Part shown: positions 31,734 through 40,438 of the stretch, piece after piece
Layout: each line of letters starts with the position of its first letter
How positions within the stretch are numbered: position 1 is the stretch's first letter
Source: Candidatus Chisholmbacteria bacterium
GTDB lineage: Bacteria; Patescibacteriota; Microgenomatia; UBA1400; Chisholmbacteraceae
Length of the DNA: 64,000 nt
Assembly (NCBI GenBank): GCA_963704905.1
Contig: CAVPHZ010000001.1
Coordinates: 195,438 to 259,437 of the forward strand
Reading direction: 5' to 3'
Program-made: the position numbers and the translations under genes
The notes under the pieces: model-generated
Databases searched by the model: none
What the model was told of the DNA's origin: nothing
What the model saw: only the letters and a program-made list of their open reading frames with translations

Positions 31734-34700
31734 TTGTCTTTCTCCTGTTTACTGCGCTTCGCTTTGGTTTCTTTCTTTTTAGTTTTGGTTGGTGATTCTT
31801 TACTGTTCTTGTTCTCTTTATTCTCAACATCGCTGGTTATCGGTTGTGTTGACGCATCGTCAGACTGAGAAGATGGTGTGGAGTCCGTCTGAACCTTTTC
31901 TTCAACTTGAGCCTCATCTTGTTGAACCTCAGGAGATGTTTCAAAAACTTCTTCTTCCACCACTCCTGTTGGAGTAACTTCGAGCGCTAAACTCTGAAGT
32001 TCTTTTACTAATACCTTGAATGACTCTGGGACCGTTGCTTCTGGAATTTCAGTCCCTTTGACAATTGCTTCAAATGCTTTCGCCCTGCCAATGACATCGT
32101 CAGATTTTATCGTCAACATCTCTTGCAGTGTGTGTGCCGCACGATGCGCCTCGAGTGCCCAAACTTCCATCTCTCCAAGCCTTTGGCCTCCCATTTGAGC
32201 TTTCCCGCCGAGTGGTTGTTGTGTCACGAGTGAATATGGTCCAGTTGAACGAGCGTGGGTTTTGTCCTCGATCATGTGAATGAGCTTGAGGATATATCCA
32301 ATTCCAACTACGGTCTCTTCTTCAAATGGTTCTCCGGTTCGCCCATCATAGAGCTGTACCTTCCCTGAAATTGGGAAGTTAGCTTTCTTCATTTCAGAAA
32401 TGATTTTTTCCTCTTTAACTTGTTCAAAGACAGGAATTGCAACTTTGTAATTTAGTTTTTTTGCTGCCCAACCAAGATAGGCTTCTAACAGTTGACCAAG
32501 ATTCATTCGGGCGAGAACCGAGAGAGGAGAAATAATGATATCTACAGGTGTCCCATCTTCAAGATAGGGCATGTCTTCGGTTGGAACAATTTTAGATATT
32601 ACGCCTTTGTTTCCATGTCTACCTGCTAATTTATCTCCTACTGTTACTTTTCTAATTTGGGCAATTCGTACTATCACTTTTTTAATGACACCTGGGTCTA
32701 GTTCGTCGCCTTTTTCTCGATCCAGTACTTTGACGTCTATGACGGTTCCTTCTTCACCATGTGGCATGCGGAGTGAAGTATCTCTTACTTCTCTGGCTTT
32801 TTCTCCGAAGATAGCTCTTAATAGACGTTCTTCTGCAGTGAGTTCTGTCTCGCCTTTTGGGGCAATTTTTCCTACTAAAATATCGTTGGGTCCGACTTCC
32901 GAACCAATTACTACCACTCCATCTTCGCTTAAGTTTCTTAGGTCTGCTTCACCAACATTTGGAATATCTCTTGTCAATTCCTCTGGGCCAAGTTTAGTGT
33001 CCATAACTTGGGCTTCAGATTCATTAATATAAATGGATGTTAATACGTCTTCTCTGACCAATCGCTCAGAAATGATGATGGCGTCTTCGTATCCAAGCCC
33101 GTCAAATGACATATACGAAATGACAAGATTTTGACCAAGTGCTAATTCGCCATTATCTGAACACGGTCCATCTAATAGTAAATCGCCTTTCTTTATGACT
33201 TGGCCGGTTTTAACAACTGGTCGTTGTGAATAACAGGTTGATTGTGAAGAACGCGAGAATTTCTGTGCTTGATATATTTCTTTATTCCCATCGATTGAAA
33301 GGTAATCCCGCGGATTTTCTAGCGCAGCCTTCTTCATCTGGTCTAATTCTCCTTTATTCACTTGAATCTCAATTCGAGTAGCGTCGACGTATGCCACTTT
33401 TCCACCATGCCGCGCAATAATTGACCTTTCCATTGCTTCGATAACGTCTTTTTCCATTCCAGTTCCTACTACTGGAGAGCTTGGTCGGATCAATGGAACT
33501 GCTTGGCATTGCATATGCGTTCCCATGAGCGCCCTATTTGCCTCATCGTGGGCGATAAATGGTATGAGTGATGCAGATGTGCCAACTACTTGTCGAGAAA
33601 CAACATCTACTAACTGAACTTGTTCTACAGGAGCTTCTAAAAACTCACCCTTATATCGAACTGGAACCCATTCCTGAGTGATGATGTCATCATTATCTCG
33701 TTCGACTTCAGCGTGAGTAACATAGTGCTCCTCTTCGTCATCTGCTGGAATATAGATGACTTCGTTGCTAATCTTCATTTGTTGCTTTCCATTTCTTTTC
33801 ACCTTTTCAACTTTCTTGTAGGGCGCCTCTAAAAAGCCGTATTCATTTACTTTGGTATACAAAGCCATGTAGTTCACAAGTCCGATGTTTGGTCCTTCTG
33901 GAGAACGGATCGGGCAAATTCTCGAGTATTGAGAAGAGTTGATGTCTCGCATTGAGAATGAGGCTCGCTCGCGAGTAACACCTCCAGGTCCCATTACCGA
34001 GAGACGTCTAATATTATCTATTTCACTTAAAGGATTGGTTTGATCAAGAATTGTTGAGAGTCGATTTCTTCGAAAGAATTCTGAGATAGTTGCTATTACT
34101 GGTCGAGCATTGACTAATGATGCAGGGGTAATTTTTTCATCAGCCTTGGTTAAGCTCATCTTCTCACGAATAGATCTTTCAAGGCGCAACAAACCGATTC
34201 TAAATGCCGTCGTTGCTACTAGTTCGCCAATACAACGGACTCTGCGATTTGAAAGATGATCTATGTCATCAATGCGGCCTTCTCCATTTTGGAGTTCCAC
34301 TAGATACTTGACAGTTGCAACGATATCTTCATTGGTGAGCACGCGATTATCGTCTGTATTCGGAATATTGAGATTAAGACGTTTATTAAGCTTATATCTT
34401 CCAACTTTTGCTAGGTCGTAACGCCGAGGATCAAAGAATAGCTGATGTAAATATTCCTGTGCATTTTCAAGTACTGCAGGTTCTCCTGGTCGCATGCGTT
34501 CGTAAATTTCGATGATTGCTTCTTCTTTCGTTTTTGTGGAATCTTTCTCCAAGGTTGAGGCAATGTAACTGTGATCTTGATCTGTATCTACATCAGAAAA
34601 TCCTCGAATTGTTTGATCATCTTCTATTAAACCTATAGCCCGTAAAAGTACTGTGGCTGGAATTTTTCGGTGTCTATCTATTTTAATTGTTATGATATCT

Positions 34701-35221
34701 CCGCGAGTTACTTGAAACTCTAACCAAGAGCCACGCAATGGTCTAAGTTCTGCCTTGTGAAGCATCCGCCCTGTAGATGGGTCGATTTCTCCAGAGAAAA
34801 ATACACCAGGAGATCGAACTAACTGATTTACCACTGCTCGTTCGATACCGTTAATGACAAATGTTCCATTCTGTGTCATATTCGGAATATCGCCAAGGAA
34901 GACTTCTTGTTCGGTTGTCTCTCCTGTCTGTTTATTTGTAAGTTTGGTTTTTACTTTAAGTGGCGTTTCGTAGCTAATGCCTTTTTCCTTGGCCTGAGGA
35001 GGAGAATTTTTTGATTTGCCAAAGCTATGATCTTTGAGTTCTAGTTCCCAATTTTTTCCAGTGAAATCTTCAATTGGAGAAATAGTTTCAAGTGCTTCTT
35101 TAATACCTTCATTTAAGAACCAATCGTAAGATTCTTTCTGTACCGCAACAAGATCCAACTTTGGAATATCACTTCTCAAAGCACCCCAGTATTGTCGAAT
35201 GTTGTTTTGGTTTTTACTCAT
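31730..35221 (-). CDS. rpoB: DNA-directed RNA polymerase subunit beta
   Basis: 1163 aa; conserved beta-subunit blocks throughout; 4-nt overlap with rpoC. Confidence 0.97.
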   Translation of the reverse strand: MSKNQNNIRQYWGALRSDIPKLDLVAVQKESYDWFLNEGIKEALETISPIEDFTGKNWELELKDHSFGKSKNSPPQAKEKGISYETPLKVKTKLTNKQTGETTEQEVFLGDIPNMTQNGTFVINGIERAVVNQLVRSPGVFFSGEIDPSTGRMLHKAELRPLRGSWLEFQVTRGDIITIKIDRHRKIPATVLLRAIGLIEDDQTIRGFSDVDTDQDHSYIASTLEKDSTKTKEEAIIEIYERMRPGEPAVLENAQEYLHQLFFDPRRYDLAKVGRYKLNKRLNLNIPNTDDNRVLTNEDIVATVKYLVELQNGEGRIDDIDHLSNRRVRCIGELVATTAFRIGLLRLERSIREKMSLTKADEKITPASLVNARPVIATISEFFRRNRLSTILDQTNPLSEIDNIRRLSVMGPGGVTRERASFSMRDINSSQYSRICPIRSPEGPNIGLVNYMALYTKVNEYGFLEAPYKKVEKVKRNGKQQMKISNEVIYIPADDEEEHYVTHAEVERDNDDIITQEWVPVRYKGEFLEAPVEQVQLVDVVSRQVVGTSASLIPFIAHDEANRALMGTHMQCQAVPLIRPSSPVVGTGMEKDVIEAMERSIIARHGGKVAYVDATRIEIQVNKGELDQMKKAALENPRDYLSIDGNKEIYQAQKFSRSSQSTCYSQRPVVKTGQVIKKGDLLLDGPCSDNGELALGQNLVISYMSFDGLGYEDAIIISERLVREDVLTSIYINESEAQVMDTKLGPEELTRDIPNVGEADLRNLSEDGVVVIGSEVGPNDILVGKIAPKGETELTAEERLLRAIFGEKAREVRDTSLRMPHGEEGTVIDVKVLDREKGDELDPGVIKKVIVRIAQIRKVTVGDKLAGRHGNKGVISKIVPTEDMPYLEDGTPVDIIISPLSVLARMNLGQLLEAYLGWAAKKLNYKVAIPVFEQVKEEKIISEMKKANFPISGKVQLYDGRTGEPFEEETVVGIGYILKLIHMIEDKTHARSTGPYSLVTQQPLGGKAQMGGQRLGEMEVWALEAHRAAHTLQEMLTIKSDDVIGRAKAFEAIVKGTEIPEATVPESFKVLVKELQSLALEVTPTGVVEEEVFETSPEVQQDEAQVEEKVQTDSTPSSQSDDASTQPITSDVENKENKNSKESPTKTKKKETKAKRSKQEKDK

Positions 35222-35290
35222 TCTATTGTCATTAGATGTTGATCATTTTTATTTTTTTCAACACCAGATATTCGAATAGGATCTAACACA

Positions 35291-35320
35291 AAAAAATCCC
35301 GGGAATTCCCAGGTTTTTAT
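35291..35320 (-). terminator. Intrinsic terminator downstream of mltG (upstream of rpoB)
   Basis: The minus-strand RNA reads CCUGGG-AAUU-CCCGGG followed by AUUUUUUU (plus-strand stem at 35299-35314, flanked by A7 and T5). It could act in either direction. Confidence 0.5.
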
Positions 35321-35511
35321 TATTTTATTTCTTCTTTTAAAATGTCGACGATGCTCTTAATTTGAAAAAACACAACTCTCTTTTCTTGTCAGGCTAGGCA
35401 GAAATTCATTTTAAAATCAAAAAAACGACGTACAAAAGTACGCCTTGTAGAAAAGGCTAACTTTTTTATAACAAATATTATCTAGGATGTCAAGTACACA
35501 GGTTGAATATC

Positions 35512-36525
35512 TTATTTATTCAAATAGATTGCTATATTGGCATTATGTTGTTCAATGGTTTCCGCGTAATGCATATTTCCTTCTAAATCTGATATATAGA
35601 ACCAGTACTTTGTCGGTTTTTGTTCCGCCACTGAGCGTATTGATGATAGTGAAGGATTACAGATGGGTCCGGGAGGTAAACCTATCTGAATGTAGGAATT
35701 ATATACAGATTCGAGATCAATATCTGCTCTGGTAAGATCTTTTTTCCACCATTTGTTTGTATTCGACTGGTAGCCTAAGGCATATTGAATTGTTGCATCT
35801 GCTTGTAATGGCCAGTTATTCCGTAGCCTTTTTAAAAGAATTCCAGCAACCACGGGTCGCTCTTGATTATCTCTCGCTTCTCGTTCTACGATGGAGGCGA
35901 TCGTTATTGCTTGTTGAAGGGTTAATCCTTGATTTCGAATTTTTTCCTGAATCTGGCTATCAACTTTATGTTCAAAAGTTGTTTGCATAATCTCTACTAC
36001 TCTCCCAGCTGTAACTGATCTGGGAAAAAAATATGTGTCTGGAAAAAGAAAACCTTCCATACCTTTCGTGAGCATGAGAAATTCATTTGAGTCAAACTCA
36101 ACTCCTTGACTCGTTAACTGCTTACCCAACGCCTCTGCTATTTCCTCACGTCTCCATCCCTCTATTATGGTTATTTTTACATCATCTCTTCCAACCGTGA
36201 GCGTTTCCGCAATCTGCTTCACTGTGAGGTTGGGTGAGAGTTGAAACTGTCCAGCTTGTATTTTTTTCGCCAATCCATGCTGTGTGACGGTTATCTTGAA
36301 TGCTGCCTGTGATCTAATAAGTTTTTCTTGTGTTAGTCTTCTGCCAATTGAATCGACTGTTTCACCTGATTGGATGCTGAACACAACGGTTTGCTTTGAT
36401 AATTTGTTTAATGGTGAAGTGAGATAACTCCAAAAGAATGATAGAGAGAAGATAATCGCTAAAGCAATTCCACTCACAAATAGGAACCAGACAGATTTTT
36501 TATGATTATTATTCATTATTTTCAC
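35512..36525 (-). CDS. mltG: Endolytic murein transglycosylase MltG (YceG family)
   Basis: N-terminal transmembrane helix and the YceG signature FLFPDTYFFPRS. Confidence 0.85.
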   Translation of the reverse strand: MKIMNNNHKKSVWFLFVSGIALAIIFSLSFFWSYLTSPLNKLSKQTVVFSIQSGETVDSIGRRLTQEKLIRSQAAFKITVTQHGLAKKIQAGQFQLSPNLTVKQIAETLTVGRDDVKITIIEGWRREEIAEALGKQLTSQGVEFDSNEFLMLTKGMEGFLFPDTYFFPRSVTAGRVVEIMQTTFEHKVDSQIQEKIRNQGLTLQQAITIASIVEREARDNQERPVVAGILLKRLRNNWPLQADATIQYALGYQSNTNKWWKKDLTRADIDLESVYNSYIQIGLPPGPICNPSLSSIRSVAEQKPTKYWFYISDLEGNMHYAETIEQHNANIAIYLNK

Positions 36526-36537
36526 TTATTATTAACA

Positions 36538-36562
36538 GAGACCAGGCATTCATCCTGGTCTC
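36538..36562. repeat. Perfect 9-bp inverted repeat (GAGACCAGG-cattcat-CCTGGTCTC) in the mltG 5' region
   Basis: Seen directly in the sequence. No adjacent U-run, so it is not a canonical terminator. Confidence 0.35.
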
Positions 36563-36585
36563 GCTGGTGACTCTACCGCTTTCGC

Positions 36586-36798
36586 TTATACTTCTTCAAA
36601 TAACGCTCTTCTATATTTATTTGTCTTTTTATCGTGGATGAAGATTCTTCCGCACTTGCAGAAGACTTTATTATAACCTGGCCTGTGGCTGGCTTTTCTT
36701 CCTTTTGTCAAAGGTACTCCACATCCAGCACACTGACCTCTCGATAAAAGCCAAGCTTGGACTGGTGCGATAACATTTTTCAGCATGTTTTTGTGCAA
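36586..36798 (-). CDS. Small hypothetical protein with a Cys4 zinc ribbon
   Basis: 70 aa; QCAGCGVPL...FCKCGRIF. It occupies the slot between ruvX and mltG. Confidence 0.4.
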   Translation of the reverse strand: MHKNMLKNVIAPVQAWLLSRGQCAGCGVPLTKGRKASHRPGYNKVFCKCGRIFIHDKKTNKYRRALFEEV

Positions 36799-36825
36799 TT
36801 CATTATACCATTCGCCTTTTTCTGA

Positions 36826-37224
36826 TTACGAGTGTTGATCTAAGTAATCTTGAAGAATTATTGTTGCTGCAAATTTGTGATCAGGCTGTCTTCGTTTCTT
36901 TTTTTTTGCCCCTGATTCTCTGAGTTTTTTTGCTACCAGTTTACTTGTTAGGGTTTCGTCTTGAAAATCAGTTTGAATTTGAGTTCTGTTCTCTAGTTTT
37001 TTTGCAAAGGTTTTTGTCCTATCGGCGATTGTTCCCTCAGAAATTCCGATAATGATCTTTGACACTCCTAATCGTTTGCATATCTCATAGAGATGATCAT
37101 ATATCTCTGGTGTGGTTTTTATTGTTTTTAAGGGTTCAGCCAGAGGACCTGAAGCAATTGCTAGTCCAATATTTTGTTCTCCATAATCAATACCTAAGAG
37201 AATCATAACTTTTTGCCTAATCAA
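36826..37224 (-). CDS. ruvX: Putative pre-16S rRNA nuclease / Holliday-junction resolvase-like YqgF
   Basis: MILLGIDYGEQNIGLAIAS...KIIIGISEG. Confidence 0.85.
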   Translation of the reverse strand: MIRQKVMILLGIDYGEQNIGLAIASGPLAEPLKTIKTTPEIYDHLYEICKRLGVSKIIIGISEGTIADRTKTFAKKLENRTQIQTDFQDETLTSKLVAKKLRESGAKKKKRRQPDHKFAATIILQDYLDQHS

Positions 37225-37969
37225 CTAATGCGGCGGTAATGACGCCTCTTCTGAGATAAGTTCCGGGTGGAGTACAGGTAATCAGTCGTAAGTATTCATT
37301 ATCATACGGTTGATCAAGTACTGAGAGATTATTTGGCTGAACCTCTACTTTGTCGATCACTCTATATGTATATGTAATTCCATCAAATTTAATGGTGATT
37401 TCGTCACCCAATTCCATGGTTGGAATGAGAGAAAAGATTGATAAGTAATTATTTGGATTAAAAAATTGGGGAAGGATTGAATGTCCAAATATTATTGTTG
37501 CTCCAAGATCGCCGGGAAGTGCGGTTTCAGGATATTGAACGAGATTTTTTGAGAGATCTTCTCCTCCGATTTCAACAACCGCGTCTTCGATGTCAAACTT
37601 TGGTATCGAGAGGGTGTAGTGTGTGATATTCGATTCCCGGTTTCTTCTAAATTGTGCGTTTGGAAACCAATTTCTTGGCTGTGTTAAATCGATGCTATTC
37701 TCAGTCTGGATTGTCTCTTCACTACGAATATTTGTTTCAATTTCTTGGCCGATTACTGGAACAGGAATTAGAAATTCTCTCGGTTTGAGATCAGGAGCGG
37801 TAAATAATTCGTAACTTACTATTGGCCATGCGACGCTGGTTACGAGGAGAAGACCAAACGCGATCAGCGATTGTGACATAATGCGAATACGCCTTGATCG
37901 CTTAGTCTGTGTTTTGATAATCTGTGTTGTAATTGTCGGTAGAGCTTTACGGTATTGTATCTGCTGCAT
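37217..37969 (-). CDS. Sortase-family transpeptidase
   Basis: N-terminal transmembrane helix; His in IIFGHS; catalytic Cys in LRLITCTP; conserved Arg in YLRRGVITA. Confidence 0.72.
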   Translation of the reverse strand: MQQIQYRKALPTITTQIIKTQTKRSRRIRIMSQSLIAFGLLLVTSVAWPIVSYELFTAPDLKPREFLIPVPVIGQEIETNIRSEETIQTENSIDLTQPRNWFPNAQFRRNRESNITHYTLSIPKFDIEDAVVEIGGEDLSKNLVQYPETALPGDLGATIIFGHSILPQFFNPNNYLSIFSLIPTMELGDEITIKFDGITYTYRVIDKVEVQPNNLSVLDQPYDNEYLRLITCTPPGTYLRRGVITAALVD

Positions 37970-37981
37970 CTGGTTAGCTTG

Positions 37982-40366
37982 TTATTTTTCTACTTTTACT
38001 TCAATGGATATATTCTCCATTTTTCTTGGAAATGTTTTCAGTCTGGCTGGAAGCGCTTTGGGGCTTATTTCAATTGTAGCTTTGGAAAAGTTTGGTAATG
38101 ATTCGAGATACTCTTGTGCAACAGAGGGGTATCGACCGGCTAAATTTCGCTTTATTTCTTCTTCATAAATGACCGGAATAAGGGCAGCTTTATAGATAAA
38201 ATAAATTTCAGCATCCTCCCCCTCAAAATCGATGGACCGTATTTCCGCGGTACTCTCTTCTTTTGCTAAGGTAAAATTCTCCGGAATTGATTCATCTACT
38301 GCTTGGCGAATTAACTCCTCAAAGTCAGCCTCCTCATAGACTTGGCTCGTCACGCTCAATCTCATGCTCAAAGAGACCAACTCTGCTTCCTCACTGACTT
38401 CTCCACTCGTGGTTTGAGATAACACTTCAACCCTGGCTCCATTACTTAATACTTGCTTGCCAGAGCCTTCTGTTTTTTCTAATTCTTGAGCGGCTTGTGC
38501 TTTTAGTTCTGTAGTCAATTCATCGATCAGCGTGTCGAGGTCCTCTTGAGAGATTGCTTGTACTTCTCGGCTTGATCCACCAACTAACGGTGTCTCACTT
38601 TTTGAATCGTATGATGAGGAAGAAAATGAATCCACAGAAAACTCGCTTCCGCCATCAAGGTTATATTCAGAGCCAATATCTTCAGCGCTGACATTTACCT
38701 TCGCTTTACCAAATGTTGTGGTGAGTGAATCATCCGCCTCTACTGCACTAGCTGAAGCAATCGTGACTGATCCATCTAAGACAAACCGAAGTCCATTTGA
38801 ACCGATGAGAACAGTTCCAGACGGAAATGTTTTTTCAGAGGAGGTTTTGTTGTATAGCGCCACTTCTCCAGTGGCTTTTTCTCCGATGGTTTTTGTTCCA
38901 GAGGTTTGTTTTTCTCTGCTTCCTTCTATTTCAGTTTCAACAATCTTTCCTGGAATGATATTTTCATCCAGATTAACTGAGTTTACTGATGAGCTAATGG
39001 TTATTGTGATTTCTTTCTCTAGTGTTTTCGGCTTTACGTAGAGCTCTACTTTCGCTTTTGGAAGCGTCCAGTATGCAAACACCAGACCTGCAAATAATAA
39101 GATAATTACTCCTACCACACCAATTATCATTACTTTTACTCTTGAATTCATGCGACCCGCAATACCAGAGGTTAAAAAGGAAGGTGTCTTCATAAGATTT
39201 TTCATCGGAGAGAAGAGAGCAGTGATTGAAGAGACCAAGTTAAATCTATTCTCACTACCTTCTTCTTCGTACTGATCGCTTTCGTCATCCTGATCCTCAT
39301 CTTCAAGAACTGGAACTTTCGATGGTCTATCCACCTGCTTTTTTTCTGTTGGTTTTATGGCTGGGAGTTGTTTTTCAAGTCTCTCTTCTCCTGATGCAGT
39401 GCTTGAATCGGTGTGCGTTGTAAATCCAATTTCTTCAGCATCTGCGATTACAAGACTCTCACCCTCTTCGGTTGTTGGTTTCTTTTCTTCCTGCTGCTCA
39501 GCGTTTATTTGATCTGGTTGAGCTTGCTGTTTTGTTTTTTCAACTTGCTCCAGTGTATCTCTCTGCTCTTGCTCTTCCTCGATGATTTCAAATCCTAAAG
39601 CCTTGGCTGCTTCTTCACCACCTGCTATTGATACCGACTTAATAGCAATTTGTCGGTCGAGTATTTCTACTTTTGGAAAATGGAGAAACGGTAATTTCTC
39701 GAGCCAGTTGTAGGAGAGAAGATCTTGCTTTAATTTTTCTAAATCTTCTGATCCATTGAATAACATTATTCTTGAGGGAAGATGCTCGTCTACTTTGAAA
39801 CGAGCTAGTCCCTCTTCGACATCTGCACCGATGTCCTCGCTCCTGGCTACTGTTTCAACTCCGGTTATCTTTCCTATACTTACCACGTTCACAATCAATT
39901 CTGTTTCATTTACTCGGATTACTATTGCTGTAGTGGGAGTGCCTTCTTGCTTTTTTAATAGTTGAATAATTGCTTCTGTGGTAACAACAAACCCAATGGG
40001 CTCAAATTCGAACTTTTCACAAATATCTTTTAAGAGCTTTGTGTAATCTCTGCTAATCGTATCTCCATCTACCCAGCCTTCTTGGAGTCCAAACATCACT
40101 TTGTTTGGTTCGGTTTCTATCTCTTCCATTGTTTTTGCAAGGGAAGTATCAATTGCTGTGTGTAGAGTTTCTGGCTTGTTGGTTGATTCCCATTCCTCTG
40201 TTGTGCCGATGGAAACCACTTTTGTTTTTCCATCACTCACCTGCCAGACTGCGGTTGAGACTGATTCACTACTAATTTCGACTGCAAAGAATCTTTCTTG
40301 CACTTTTTCTTTCGAGCTGAATTTTGAGAAGACGTTTCCTAATTCCATGGTGAAACAAACTCTCAA
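37982..40366 (-). CDS. Large bitopic membrane protein: FtsA/PilM-like actin-fold N-terminal half, acidic low-complexity linker, one transmembrane helix, ~370-aa Ser/Glu-rich extracellular region
   Basis: 794 aa. The N-terminus FAVEISSESVSTAVWQVSDGKTKVVSIGTTEE parallels the FtsA/PilM phosphate-1 region (G-hDIGosxhK). The second ATP motif (DIGGGTT) is absent. The E/Q/D-rich segment spans roughly residues 270-400. The transmembrane helix is MIIGVVGVIILLFAGLVFAYW. The C-terminal domain has no recognisable motif. Confidence 0.4.
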   Translation of the reverse strand: MRVCFTMELGNVFSKFSSKEKVQERFFAVEISSESVSTAVWQVSDGKTKVVSIGTTEEWESTNKPETLHTAIDTSLAKTMEEIETEPNKVMFGLQEGWVDGDTISRDYTKLLKDICEKFEFEPIGFVVTTEAIIQLLKKQEGTPTTAIVIRVNETELIVNVVSIGKITGVETVARSEDIGADVEEGLARFKVDEHLPSRIMLFNGSEDLEKLKQDLLSYNWLEKLPFLHFPKVEILDRQIAIKSVSIAGGEEAAKALGFEIIEEEQEQRDTLEQVEKTKQQAQPDQINAEQQEEKKPTTEEGESLVIADAEEIGFTTHTDSSTASGEERLEKQLPAIKPTEKKQVDRPSKVPVLEDEDQDDESDQYEEEGSENRFNLVSSITALFSPMKNLMKTPSFLTSGIAGRMNSRVKVMIIGVVGVIILLFAGLVFAYWTLPKAKVELYVKPKTLEKEITITISSSVNSVNLDENIIPGKIVETEIEGSREKQTSGTKTIGEKATGEVALYNKTSSEKTFPSGTVLIGSNGLRFVLDGSVTIASASAVEADDSLTTTFGKAKVNVSAEDIGSEYNLDGGSEFSVDSFSSSSYDSKSETPLVGGSSREVQAISQEDLDTLIDELTTELKAQAAQELEKTEGSGKQVLSNGARVEVLSQTTSGEVSEEAELVSLSMRLSVTSQVYEEADFEELIRQAVDESIPENFTLAKEESTAEIRSIDFEGEDAEIYFIYKAALIPVIYEEEIKRNLAGRYPSVAQEYLESLPNFSKATIEISPKALPARLKTFPRKMENISIEVKVEK

Positions 40367-40438
40367 TTACACTTTTCGAGAGTCTTAATGCATTTTATTC
40401 TAGCATTCGTAGGGCAAAATGCGAAGGGAACCTGTTGT

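Noticed and set aside
35222-35511. A possible small ncRNA or tRNA in the 290-nt AT-rich spacer between mltG and rpoB.
   Set aside because: No cloverleaf or conserved ncRNA motif was recognisable. The only strong structure is the terminator hairpin at 35299-35314. A promoter for rpoB probably lies here (a TTGAAA -35-like hexamer on the minus strand), but no convincing -10 element was found, so it is not called.
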